Shown: in pieces, positions 26,907-39,636 of the stretch
How the letters are laid out: each line of letters starts with the position of its first letter
Numbering within the stretch: position 1 is the stretch's first letter
NCBI RefSeq assembly: GCF_947568905.1
Contig: NC_079169.1
Coordinates: 31,000,001 to 31,064,000, forward strand
DNA length: 64,000 nucleotides
Source of the DNA: Ostrea edulis
Lineage: Eukaryota
Direction of reading: 5' to 3'
Made by a program: the position numbers and the translations under genes
The notes under the pieces: generated by a model
Database searches by the model: none
What the model saw: the letters and a program-made list of their open reading frames with translations, nothing else
What the model was told of the DNA's origin: nothing

Positions 26907-27199
26907 AGAGTTCAACCATCTCAGTGGTAGAACATATGCTTCGTAAACGGGCGGTCGTGAGTTCATGTCCCGCTCCTGGCACGGCTGCGTCAAACCTATG
27001 ACGTAAACATAGGCAGTGACTGCTCCTTCGCCAAATGCTCGGCATTTAGAAGTGAGAATCACGGGTCTTTCGGATATGACGTTAAAAACGGAAGTCCCGT
27101 GTCGCTGCAGGCGTTGGTACACTGCTACGCCTTCACAGCTGGTGACGTCTCAGTATGAGTGAAAAATTCTCGACGGGACGTAAAACGAACAACCAACCA
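26907..27199 (+). mobile_element. tRNA-derived SINE (family B) immediately 3' of the GT31 gene; related fragments at ~25900-26035 and ~29655-29875
   Basis: Head ctcagtggtagaaca...gagttcatgtccc; conserved body cccgtgtc...ggtgacgtctc..atgagtgaaaaattctcga.gggacgt; (aacc)n-like tail. Confidence 0.75.
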
Positions 27200-27280
27200 G
27201 TTCATCTTAAATTGTGTATTCTTCACAAACAATTCAGATGTAATCGAGGCCAGAATTCTTCACTTGCATTATATGTCGTT

Positions 27281-28282
27281 TTACAGGAAGGCTTTACACG
27301 CCAAGGAATTACTCCAGTTTTGACAATTTGCAAAATCAAAGAGCGCAGAATATTTCAGAGTAATGCCCAATTTTGATGCTACAAGGCCCACATACACATC
27401 GTCCACGGGGATGTTTTGAACATAAGGAAAAGCCAGGGATAGCCTCCTACCTATCTCCGCACTTACAAGGTAACTTCCTCCCGGGAAATAAGGCGGGAAA
27501 ACGTCGTTGGAGAACACAATGTTGGACACAAACCATTTACTGGCTCTGTCTCGGACAACAGACGCTCCAGACTTTACCAGGCGTCCTATAAACACATTTT
27601 CCGGCTTGTACTGCTTGGAAATAAAGCTGAACACGTTCTTCACATTGGTGAAAAAATCGTCATCTTGAAACATGATAAAACTGGCAGACGAACAGAAAGC
27701 AGTTGCCCACTCATAGCCCATTTGAGTTTTGTACGTCAGATTTCTGTATGTGTCAATGAAATTTTTCTGAATGATATCACCGTATTTGGTATGCTCTATC
27801 TTTAGATCTCTGTTCACTTTCTCAGAAAACCCTAACAAGAAGAGCATTCGTATGTTTTTGGCATAACTTCCGGCAGTATCCTTCACTAACAACCGTAGCC
27901 ACTGTCTCAGCCGTTGATGATCTGGGGCAGATTTTACCAACACAAGCACGTTTGTCAACGTTTTTTGAAATCCTTTACAGACATTTTTCGGATTCAGCAT
28001 GTAACGGAATTTTTCGTAGTTAACCGGTCCAATTTCTGTCGGCTCTCGTCTCTGAAGACTGTCCACGGCTTTAATTAACTTTAAGTCGACATCATATGAC
28101 GGCAACACTATTTCTTTAAAGTCTGCTTCGTTGTTCGAGGCTAGACCCAAGTCTGTCTTCGTGGGTTCAGTGTTTAACACTACGGTTTGGTACCGCGTGG
28201 CTGTTCTGTGAAAATAGACATAAGTTAGCAGGAAAACAAACAGAAATACCGACAGAGGGTACAGGACCTTCAGCGTCTTCAT
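27281..28282 (-). CDS. GT31 beta-1,3-galactosyltransferase/brainiac-like type II Golgi enzyme, intronless CDS, 333 aa
   Basis: N-terminal TM anchor (VLYPLSVFLFVFLLTY); motifs LVLVKSAP..H..R, FLLG, E...YGDIIQ..F.DTY.NLT.K, QDDDFF, W.V...FPPY..GGSYL and DDVYVG. Confidence 0.92.
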   Translation of the reverse strand: MKTLKVLYPLSVFLFVFLLTYVYFHRTATRYQTVVLNTEPTKTDLGLASNNEADFKEIVLPSYDVDLKLIKAVDSLQRREPTEIGPVNYEKFRYMLNPKNVCKGFQKTLTNVLVLVKSAPDHQRLRQWLRLLVKDTAGSYAKNIRMLFLLGFSEKVNRDLKIEHTKYGDIIQKNFIDTYRNLTYKTQMGYEWATAFCSSASFIMFQDDDFFTNVKNVFSFISKQYKPENVFIGRLVKSGASVVRDRASKWFVSNIVFSNDVFPPYFPGGSYLVSAEIGRRLSLAFPYVQNIPVDDVYVGLVASKLGITLKYSALFDFANCQNWSNSLACKAFL

Positions 28283-30829
28283 TCTTAGTCTGGTCCCACA
28301 ACATATCTGCTACACATCCAAGTTTTGAAAGAATAGCAGAAAAGTTCTTATTTCTTGTAGACTTTTTTGATTGAAGATTCACCAGCCGTGTGACAGTGCT
28401 ATTTAGTGCTTTTGAACCCGGGGGTTTAAATGTTCAGTGTCTATATTGCTCACACATCGTGCGCACCATAGATTGATGCGTGATAAATGGCCACACTGTT
28501 CAGAAATCTGTAGATATTGTCTGGAACATCTGAGGACTCTTAACGTATCTATCAAAACTGAAGGTCTATAGGTTTAAAATATAGGATCACGTTCTGTGAA
28601 ACAAGAGGCTTCCGGGCCTTAACTGCTTTATGGTCACCGGAGTTATTTATTTAAAACAATGAAAATGCATTACCCGTAGCCTTTTTAAATCACCTGAATC
28701 ATTCAGGTGAATTTAAATTGCATTTGGTCTGGGTCCGTCGTCGTGCGTTAGCAATTGAACATTTTTATCATCTTCTTGATAACCACCATTCCAGTTCTAT
28801 TCAAATTTATTTGATGCATCTTTAGGACAAGGGGAACATAAAATGTAAATTTCAGGACTCCAGCACCCTAGAGGCGGGGCAAAAATTGACGAATTTTCAA
28901 AAAACATTTGTTAGAAAAGATGTATTTCTACACATGGAGGGCCTCTGTCATCCCCCACCCTGTAATTTCTTTGGGCCAGTTTTCTATATTTTAAATTATT
29001 CAATCATATGATAAACAATTACTAACATTTTCTTGGTCAATATGATACTTTGTATCTCCATCCACCTTGCCTCCCTGGCATGGCGAAAAACAGTATATCT
29101 ATTTCCAAGTCATGGGTGGGTGTAAATGTAGATTCAAGTTATATAATTATGGTCAAGGGGTTAAAAAATAGGATTTTATCCCCTTACCACTTCTCAATAT
29201 CACAGGTGCTTGACTACTCGTATTTTCGTCCACAAAATTCATGTTTAGTGATTTATACTAGGGGTATCTGTAAATGTGATTGTTCTTTTTTCATCAATAA
29301 TTATCTCTCTCCTTCCCCAGAAGGGGGACATATTGTTTTTGTATGAATTCTTTTTACACTTTTTCTTCTTCTTTTGCAATTATCATACAAAGTTTGTCCG
29401 GGCCATAACTTTGTCTTATGACATAGGCCTTTGATATTTGGTATGTGGGTATATCACGATAATAAGACACTGTGCTGTGACCTTTGACCTTTTATGTAGA
29501 GGTCAAATAATGGAATTTTTGGGGTATTTTTACTGTCCTTACCATAACTTTTTTGGTCTTTTGACTTAGGCCTTTGATATTTGGTATACCATAAGACAAT
29601 GTGTCGTGTGCCATTTGTGTTGACCTTTGCCCTCTTATGTAAAGGTCAAATAATAGTTCCGTGAGGATCCGGGTTAGAATAGGTCCTCAGTACTCCTTGC
29701 TTGTCGTAAGAGGCAACTAAATGGGGCGGTCCTTCAGATGAGATCGCAATAACCGAGGCCCCGTGTCACAGCAAGTGTGGCATTATAAAGACCCATTCCT
29801 GCTCAAAGGCCGTACAAGCGCCGAGCATAGGCCTACATTTTTCTAAACTTCACCGGCAATGGTGACGCCCCCAATACTTCTCATTACCAGCTCGTTAGAG
29901 TTATCGCGCTTTGATGACTCTTGTGCGTCATTGGTAAGAAAATGCACAAGTCTCGCGAGTAAGTGCGAGATTACTGGGACATAAACAAAACGTTCATAGC
30001 AATACCCCCCCCCCCCCCCCCCCTCCTTTAAGAGTTAAAATACATGTTGTGTTTTAAAATAAAATGAAATTGGTGAAACTCCATTTTTCAGATATTCTAA
30101 CACTATTTTATTAAAGATGTTACAGGTTTTTAAAACTCCACCACACCTATTTTAAACATTCCAAACAACGATCGATGTTCTCTGTCCAAAGTCCATCAAT
30201 ATTTTGTAATTTTCAAAATAGCTTCGATGCAGTTTGGAAACGCATTAGTTGTGTTAATTAGTGTTATAAGCGTCTAAAAAAAAATGCAGTTTGGAATATA
30301 TATAACTTGTTCTAAAATATGGGAATTGAGGGGGGGGGGGTGTACATGTACTATTACAAAGTCCATGTCATATATGAACCTGTCCTAATTGTATGATAAA
30401 ATAGAATGTCTTCATAGTCTGACAGAATAACTTTAAAATAATATTAATTACAAGAAAAGTTCTTGTGTTGTTAGTGAATATAGGTTTTTCCCTTCACAGT
30501 TCTTCTTGCGATTGATGCTTAAAAAAAATATCGGTCAGATTTGGCAAATTTAGTACCATCTCTCCCTCACATAGTTTAATAAGTTCGTCTGTTTTCTTGT
30601 AAGAATAATCAATTCCTAAATTTGACTTTACAATTTTAATCAGTGTTGTAGTTTGCAGTCGGTTATAATATGTATTCGATACCATAATTTATATTACGTA
30701 TGCTTAAGTAATGTGTTTACATTATGTTGTCCCGGTAGCACGACTTTACGCGCCTTTAATTTGAAGAGTTCCACTAATGGAAATGATAAGTATTAGAGAA
30801 AATATCTTGAGAGAAACATCAAACAGTAC

Positions 30830-30862
<33 letters not shown>

Positions 30863-31034
30863 TCACCTTGGCCCATATTTAAAGATTTTCCCCAACATAT
30901 TTTCATGTAAAACGTTGATCCCTATTATGACCCCACCCTAACCCCTGGGGGCCATGAGTTTTACAAACTTGAATCTGCACTATGTCAGGAAGCTTTCATG
31001 TAAATATACACTTTTCTAGTCCAGTGGTTCTGAA

Positions 31035-31282
31035 GATTGATTGTTTTTCTGTTTTCCGCCACACTCAACAAATTTTTCAGCTATCCGGTGGCGCCCAGTT
31101 TTTATTGGTGAAAGAGAGAATCCAGATACAATGTACCTAGGAAGAGACCACCAACCTTCCAAAACTAAACTGGGAAACTTTCTCACTTACCTGCGCGAGT
31201 GGGATTTGAACCCGCGCCGACCAGAGGTGAGAGGCGTGTGATATTGAGCGTGATGCTCTAACCACTCAGCCATGGAGGCCCC
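31035..31282 (-). mobile_element. tRNA-derived SINE (family A), near full length
   Basis: Reverse complement starts ggggcctccatggctgagtggttagagc...gggttcaaatccc; (aatc)n tail; approximate TSD tggttct(tct)gaa. Confidence 0.85.
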
Positions 31283-31649
31283 TGGTTCTTCTGAAGATGT
31301 TCCCTATATATTTGTATGTAAAACTTTGATCCTCTATTGTGACCCCATCCTACCCCCAGGGGCCAAGATTTCAACAAACTTGAATCTACTCTATACCAGC
31401 TTTCAGGTAAATCTCCACTCTTAAGGCCCAATGGTTCTTGACTTTTAAAGATTTTCCTTGTATATTCGCTTGTAAAAATATGATCTCCTATTGTGGCCCC
31501 AACCTACCTATGGAGGTCATGATTTTTACAAACTTGAATCTTCACTTTGTCAAGAAGCTTTCATGATTATTTCAGCTTTTCTGGCCCAGTGGTTCTTGAA
31601 AAGATTTTTAAATGATCCCACCCTATTTTTGTGATTATTTCACCATTGT

Positions 31650-31689
<40 letters not shown>

Positions 31690-31765
31690 AATATGATGCA
31701 TCAAGTTTGGTTGAAATTAGCCCAATGGCTCTCAAGAAGTCAAAAGTATGAAAAGTTTACAGACG

Positions 31766-33257
31766 TTTAACCTCCATTGGCAAGACCAGTCATTAAAACC
31801 CTATTGAATCATATTTTTATGTCTATCCCCAACCCATCTGTGTTTTATTGTAAAGAATTAGAAAAAATGTTCTTTTCATTTGTATGGAATGGTTCAACTG
31901 TTAAGAGTAAAAAAAAGATGTCCTTGTTAAGAAATATGAAGGTCTAAAGATGATTAATCTAAAATCTTTCACAGCATCAATGAAATTATTCTGGACAGAC
32001 ATCTTATTTCTACAAACAGAGGAATGAATAACTTAATACCTGGCTTTGAACTAACTAGATTCATTTCTTGTGGGATTGAATATGTCAAGTTACTCTTGAA
32101 ATCCTTGAAAAATAACTTTTGGATAGATGTATTCAAATCCTGGATTGAACTACAAAATGCTTCTACAGAGTCATGCTACTGCAGATACACCTCTGTTTTA
32201 TAATCATATGATTCATATTGGTGGAAAACTTTTTGTAATAAACAACTCTTTGACAGTAACATCAGACACATAAATGATATTATTGAAGAAGATGGTAGTT
32301 TTTTTTAGCTATGAAACTTTTTGTGATACTTATCCGTATGTGAAAATCAATTTCTTAGAATATGCAAGCATCATTTATGCAATAAAGACTTGGATTAAAA
32401 AGTCTTCCAAAAACATAAGTTTTAAAAAGTTGGCAAATCCATTTATTATGTCAATATGTCAAACATATACAATGTACTGAAATGTAAAAAAAAAATCCAT
32501 ATGCTTTTATGAACTTCTCAACAAAAATTCCTCTGTGACAACAGGCAAAACAAGATGGAGTGAGCTCTTAGAAATAGATAATACTGAGTGGAAAATAATC
32601 CACAAAATACCTTTCATAATAACAAAAAATAGTAAACTTCAATGGTTCTAATATAGAATACTTAATAAAATTTTAGCAACAAACTCATTTTTATTTAAAA
32701 TAAAAAAAGCAAACTAAAAAATGTGTACCTTTTGTCACAATGAGGAGGAAACAATAGAACATATAATATGGGAATGTAATTGTGTTCAATAATTTCTAGC
32801 TGATTTTGAAGTTTATTTATAGAACAGAGAACAAATTGTCAACTATAGTCTTTACAAAAAAGTCTTTTATAGTTTAGGCATCCTTGAGAAAAACAAGGGT
32901 ATACAAAATATTCTCATCCTTTGGTTAAAGTATTATATTTATACAGCAAAGTGTACAGAGAAAAATTTGAGTGTGCATTTTGCAATATAATTTTTAAAGT
33001 TATTCTATGAAACACAAAAATTTATTTCTTATAAAAATGGTGACACTGAAAATTTTCTTCAGTGTCACCATTTTTATAAGAAATAAATTTTTGTTGTCCT
33101 TTGGAACAGATGGAACCAAATTTTTCATAGCTCTCTCTCCCTCTTTCTTTCTCTCTCTCTGAAAGAAATAAACACTTCTGTAATTCTATATCATATGTAT
33201 ATTATGAAGATATACCATGAACTATTTACAGAATGTTTGTTGAAAAATAATAAAAAA
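31766..33257 (+). mobile_element. 5'-truncated, degenerate L1/Tx1-clade LINE with 16-bp TSD
   Basis: Fragments FIWNG, GLKMINL, PLFYN, WSELL, KLQWF.YRILNKILATN and CTFCHNEEETIEHIIWEC (zf-RVT); A-rich tail; TSD gaaaagtttacagacg at 31750-65 and 33258-73. Confidence 0.85.
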
Positions 33258-33626
33258 GAAAAGTTTACAGACGATGGGCAACGGGTGATCAGAAACATGA
33301 TACAACAGTACGCAAATGCAAGTGTATAGTTACACTGAGCTACCTTCATAAGCAGGAGGAAACAACACCCATTACAAAGATTTTGTGCAAGTGACAATTG
33401 TTGCAGGCTAAAAATTAGATTGTAAAAAGGAATACATGATTGTTAGCTTAAAGCTAAAGCATGAATTTTATGGTATAAATATACCATACTTTATATCCAA
33501 GATTTAGATACCATACTAATTCTTCCAGATTTTAATATTTTCAATATTGAATTTAAATTGCAAGTCAGTATAATGAGCAAGATCTGATGTCAAGACAAAT
33601 TTCTTTTTACTCTATTAAGTTTGGCT

Positions 33627-36024
33627 TCATTTCAAGTACTGGGCTGAGTACAGTTCTCCTGACGCAGTACCTAACCACAACTGGTTGTTTTTATCGATGG
33701 CGGTCGAGATGATGGATCCAATACCGGTATCTATTTTATGCATAAACTCCAGACTTGGGTGAATTATGAAGAGCTCTGTGTTTGATGCCACTATAACATT
33801 GCCAAGATTGTCGACTGAAGCACTCGCAGAATACGCTCTTTCAATACATACTCCGTTCATTTTCTCTGAGGAAATCATTTCACCTTTCAAGGGAAGCATC
33901 ACAAAACCATTGCTGCGAAGAGCAATTATTTGACCATTCAGGAAAATGAGGTGATTTATGTCTTCATATTCTTCTTCAGGATTGTATACTCTTTGAACTT
34001 CTCCACTCATACTTAGTTTCATAATAAAGTATCTCCTGCCAAAAATATTAATGTCAGGTTTCTTAGAATATCCAACAACGAATATTGTTTCATTTACGCA
34101 GAGAATTCCATACAAGTTTGTAGCATATGACGAGAGGTCGGCTAATACACGGCTCTTTCCATCTCGAGATATCATTGTTATGACTGGTTTTGCACTGATA
34201 TTGTTTCCTTGTGTTTCTAAGAGATCTCCTGAGGGAGTGCAACAGTTGAACACTGGACCATGATCTAAGTCAATGGTTCGGAGGATTTCGCCCGAAGTAT
34301 TTAGCAGCTGAATGTTTCCTCTGAGTCTCAAACCATTTACCCATATCAAATTGTCATTCGACACACTGATTCCATGTATCTTTGACATTTTACTTGCTTC
34401 AGGATAAAACCTGGCATCAATTTTTTCCAAAAACAAGGTGGAAAAATATTTTGGTGCTGACCTTTCTCTTCCCAGCAATAAAGGATCATCGGTTTCTGTT
34501 ACTAATTTGTGTGCAGTTTTTGTTGAACTTTGTTGGATCATCTTTGCTTTGGAAATCCTACAATGTTTTGCTTCAGTGCTTTGTTGAGTATTAAGATGCA
34601 GTGCTTCTTTGGTGGTTTGATCTGAGTTCTTTAAGATTCGAACTCTACTTTGTTTCCGTGCTTTTTGTTTTTGGTTGGACTTGTTCCATATAACTTCTTT
34701 CTCTGGTGCTTTTGAAGTTAACATTGGTTTTGGAGTCCCTTGTAATATTCTCTTTTTTCCAGGTTTAGGGGTTCCACACAGGGTCCTTTGTTTTCTATCT
34801 TTATCTTTTTTAGTGATATTCTTCCGTGGTAGTGATGGATTCGAATCTGAAGTCTTTCTCTTGCTGCTCTGATCTTTATTCATAGACAAATGAGTCAAAT
34901 GCTTTGTACCTACTGGATGGATTTTCGGTTTGACATTTTTCACAAGTGGCTGTTTGGAAAGTGTTTCCTTGTTTTGAATTCGAGGTCGTGACTGCATTTC
35001 TTTCAATTTATCCATTTTAGAGTGCTGCATTTTCTGTCCCCCTTGCTTGTGTTGTGTGCTCGTTCTTCGGTCATCATTTTTAAAGCATCTCCTCTTGGTG
35101 TTCTCATTTACCAGGCTCTCGTCTAAAAATACGCATCAAAATGTATGCATTATCAACAAGTAATCTATGATTTAATGGTTTCAATCATAACGTATACTAG
35201 TTGATAGTTTTTTTAATAATGAAACTATAACACCATGATTTATATTATATACCTGTACATAACTATCTCAAGAAGAAAATCTGTTGGCCACGTCATGTCT
35301 TTTTATTCAGTTCACTGTTTTCAATTGTGATGTTGCAATGTGCTCGCTGAATTCCCTCCCCTGGTGTGATTTGATGAAAATAACTATATTTCACCTATTT
35401 CACATACTTTGCACAGAGAAGTAAATGATTTGGTTTGTTTTGATATCAGACACTTTTGATTTTTATATGTTTGCACACATACAGTTTGTATCCATAACAA
35501 CCTCTAAATTATACAGATTTTCTCTTTTTTCATCAATTTGAAAGATAAAAATGTGCAATAGCTCATTAGTATCAAGGGAACAAAACTTTACTAGTAATTA
35601 TCTCCTGATCACAAGTTAAGGTATCCCCGTTATCAGAAAAAGTCTCAAAATAATTATCTGAAAATCGTTACGAGAAAGTATTTCAGAATTACTACAAATG
35701 ACCTTAAAATGGCAAGTAAAGTTCTCATGATTTTGAGATAAGTACTTTAACGTAACAAGTATGTAACAATCTAATATTATCCCAATTTACAGGATTATTT
35801 TGCATAATAACAAGGAAATAAATTATAAATGAATTATAAATAACGATATCTTTTCTTCTAATTTTAAGACATTTCATAAAATGGTTTTATTCACCTTGAT
35901 CATTTTGCTCTGTCTCGTGTTTCCTTTTCCGTAAATTATACGACTTCCGGATTGGTTCATCCCGCACCAAAGAAGTGTTGTCTTTATGTGTAGCTCTACT
36001 TGTTCGTCTTCCCTGCCTCTTCAT
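33627..36024 (-). CDS. Uncharacterised ~541-aa protein: Lys/Arg-rich disordered N-half plus C-terminal NHL/SMP30-like beta-propeller; exons 36024-35895 and 35122-33627
   Basis: GT-AG phase-1 intron joins MKRQGRR...RKRKHETEQNDQ to DESLVNE...; long open exon 2. The C-terminus (IHGISVSNDNLIWV..., GDLL..., ASVDNLGNVIVA..., TAIDKNNQLWLG) resembles bivalve TRIM/NHL propellers. Confidence 0.75.
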
Positions 36025-37572
36025 CTCTGTATTGACTGTAAGATACATATACTTTATGTCATGTATTGATTAATTATTGATACTTGGAGTTAGAACAGAT
36101 ATTGATACTGGGGAGAACCGCGGGTCCAGATCCCTGCCCCTTCAGATTGGTATACCGGAATTAGCACACGATACGCCTGTCACAGGCTGTTCAATCGAGA
36201 AAAATGTTGACCACAACTTGCAGCTACCCACAAAACCTCCAGCTCTTTTAAATGGATACACACAACCAAAACAAAGATACAAAACAAAAACAAACCCACA
36301 CATTATCTTAGATATAAAGGCTGTAACTTAATGAAAACTGAATGGCATCATTACCATAATAATACACCCTATGTAAGATTGGTGTATAAAAATATTGCAC
36401 ATGCATTTTGATTTTATATATATATATATATATATAATTATTATTATTATATTATTCAGTATAGATAAGATAAGTTTATTCCAATTTTGGGCCCAGAGGG
36501 TATAACAGTAAGACAGTTTATACAGAAGGAAACTCAAAAAAGAAAGAAAGTTTATATATATATATATATGTCACGCTGTATACATGTATATATATATATA
36601 TATAAACAAGCTATAAAACGTCATAACATGAAAACTGCAAAGACAGATGGACAGACAGACAAATGAATGATTGCAACGTGATTTAGATCGACTAAAGAAG
36701 ATTCAGCTTAATATATGGCAGACAAATGAAAATAAAAACAGACATGTGTGTGTGTGTGTGTGTGTGCAAATTTGCCTATATTACGGAGTTTACGTTTTAA
36801 GTTTGGACTTCTTAAAAATGACATGGGCGGAATCCCCCGTCTGTGGAAAATTTGTAAAGCCGCGCAGACAGAGGATGCAAAATTTAGATGATGGCCAAGC
36901 CCGTTTTGACCCGAAACTCATATTGTTACAATGAGTTTCGGTTCAAAACGGGCTTAGACCCTGTGGTTCTACTTAGTATATCCATGTACAGCATGCTAAA
37001 ATGTTGGGAGAACTAGCGTCAAATATTTTAAAAGATACCATCAAATGCTTAAAATAGCGTCTAACTTACAACTCCCCTATTCAGTTAAAAAAAAACCCAC
37101 CGATCTGTCTGTGCATGTGTGCAACTATTCCCCTCAAGACAACATATTCCATAGCTGATTTGGGGGATCAAAATTAAGCTGCTTGATATCGTATTTGTTA
37201 ATTTCACGACAAATATTACATACATTCGCATTGTCTAGATATATATACAGGTTAGGCTTCAAAAGAGACTATAAATAGCCATGACTGATGTCTTTAGATC
37301 GCTATACAAACCGTGAATATCTTGTAAAAATCACAAATTTATCCACACAGTCTGATAATTTCCAACATCAGTTGCATATACGTCAAGACAGACACTGATA
37401 GCATACTTGATTTTAACGATCCGGCGCACCTGGGTTAATCGGCGATGACCAGCGACACACTTGATTGTGAGCCGGAATAGTTTACGCCAGCACCGTTTCC
37501 GGTTTTAAATATTAGTCACGGTTTATGGGGGATACTGAAAACGCTTTATCAATTAGACGCTTGAAGTAAACA

Positions 37573-39636
37573 ATGGTGAAATATTGTTGTGTTCCACTTT
37601 GTGGTGGTTTTGGGGGTCACAAGTTTCCCACAGATCAGGAATTACTCTTGAAATGGAGGGTAGCGATCAAACGGATGGATAGGAAAACAAAAAAATTATG
37701 GAACCCAGGAAAAGAAGACGTTGTTTGCCATATACACTTCACAGAAGATGACTACAAAATCACCGAATCAGGTTAGATCGAGGTCCTATCAATCAGTTAT
37801 ATAAAGCTGCATCGTCAATTGATTTGTTGAATTGTTTTAATTTTTCCTTCTTTCAAATATTGATTTATAAAGTTTCCTCATTTTGTCTTGTATTCGTGTA
37901 TTGATAACGTTCTTTTTTACATTCTTGAATGCGTTGCTTTGTGGTTTGTTTTTACTCTTTTCAGGTGCAACTACTGACATGTGGTATGTATCACAGTATT
38001 CATTTAATATAATACTAGGCTATATGACGAGACATATACTGCTTTGATAAAACGTTACAGGATTAAAGAGTGCTATGATACCATATATGTATATATATAC
38101 ACACATATAACCAGCTGAGTCCTGGTCTCCACACAATGTAATTAAAATTAGATCTTCCATCCGCTCCCCAAACTGGGGAGCGGATGGAAGATCTAATTTT
38201 AATTAGATTGGGTCTCCACATTAACAATCACCATTTTCTGGTGTTATTTTCATATATTTGGTGATTCCCCCCCCCCCCTAATATTTTTTACAGTAGAAGT
38301 GACTGCTAAAAATGCAAGGTTGAATTTGCTACATGACTATTTATGTAAATCAATTATAACAAATCTAGTTTATAATTAGCGAATCTTAAAGCTTTTAAAT
38401 ATAAAGTATAACTTACAACCAACATTCCTGTAACATATTCAATTTGTGACAGGTGAACGAAGACGACTTAAGTATGGAGCTGCGCCCTCTGTTTTTGACT
38501 TCAAGAATACCAGTACTACCCAGGAATCTGACAGAGCTAAGCGAAAGAGGCTGCGAGAGTCTACTCAAGATACATGTACTCCAATGATTGAAGACCTGCC
38601 CATATATATGGATGAATTGATTGTACATCATGAAGTTGTTGTAGATCAGTCATCTACAAGTATTTCCACATCCATGCCAGAAGAAATGTGTTCAACAGCT
38701 GAGAAAGAAATCCAGTGTGACATACCTACCTTAGGTAGATTTTCAATTGAAGGTATGAAACTGGACACTAAGATGCTTTCTTATTACACTGGTTTGAATG
38801 GCTATGATCATTTCATGCTTCTCTTTAATATTCTTGGGCCAGCAGCTTTTGACTTGAATTACAAATGTGGCTTATTAAGTCCACAAGATCAGTTGTTTTT
38901 AACTCTGATGAAACTCAGACAAGCAAAAGAAGATGTGGAACTTGCTATGCTCTTTAAAGTCTGTGAATCTACTGTTTCTAAAATTGTAACAACTTGGATT
39001 AACTTTTTGTATTTTCAATTAAAAGAGTTAGAGGAACAATTCTGGCCTTCTAAAGACATCATTAAAGAACATATGCCAACAGATTTTGCTAAAAAGTTTC
39101 CCAATACACGCGTAATTTTAGATGCAACCGAGCAACCAATTCACAAACCATCAAATGTTGAGGCACAATCCAAAACATGGTCTTCTTATAAACACAAAAA
39201 CACGTTGAAAACCATGGTAGGTGTAACTCCAAATGGAGCAGTATCATATGTATCCTCTACTTATGGGGGCTCTGTGTCTGACAGACAAATCATTGAACAC
39301 TCTACTCTGCTAGATGTAGGCAAATTTGATGCTGGTGACAGCATTATGGCAGATCGGGGAATTCTTGTTCAAGATTTATTTGCGAATCAGAATGTTTTTA
39401 TTAATACACCTACGTTTGTCAAGGGCAAAATCCAACTTGACCCCGAAGAAATAGTTAGAGATAGGCGAGTTGCCTCAAAACGTATTCATGTAGAGAGGGT
39501 GATTGGGCTTGCAAAGAGGTTCAAAATTTTGAAACATGAGCTACCAATGTCAAAAATCCCCCTAGCTTCCAGAATTGTGTACATTTGTTTTATGTTGTCA
39601 AATTTTAGGAATTGCATTGTTGATAAAAGTGCTTAA
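37573..39636 (+). CDS. THAP-HTH-DDE (DDE_Tnp_4/HARBI1-like) transposase, ~460 aa; exons 37573-37771 and 38453-39636
   Basis: THAP: MVKYCCVPLC...FP...W...P....VCHIHF, ending GAAPSVF after a phase-1 splice. HTH: QLFLTLMKLR...LAMLFKVCESTVSKI. Catalytic triad: ILDATE, MADRG, RIHVERVIG. Confidence 0.92.
38134..38210. mobile_element. 77-bp fold-back mini-element with 10-bp TSD GGTCTCCACA
   Basis: caatgtaattaaaattagatcttccatccgctcccca-aac-tggggagcggatggaagatctaattttaattagattg; TSD at 38124-33 and 38211-20. Confidence 0.9.

Larger units (their letters stand above)
30830..33295 (+). mobile_element. HINE with Cg170-like monomers, split by a SINE and an L1/Tx1 insertion
   Basis: 5' end caagaggcccatgggccacatcgctcacctgag; the 3' part resumes at 33258 (gaaaagtttacagacg...gtgatcagaaa). 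Confidence 0.75.

Noticed and set aside
30494-30685. 63-aa minus-strand ORF with protein-like composition
   Set aside because: No recognisable family, splice partners or context.
16390-31282. tRNA genes at ~16400-16478, ~26915-26990 and ~31190-31282
   Set aside because: A/B boxes are followed by SINE bodies and microsatellite tails, and no clean cloverleaf is evident.
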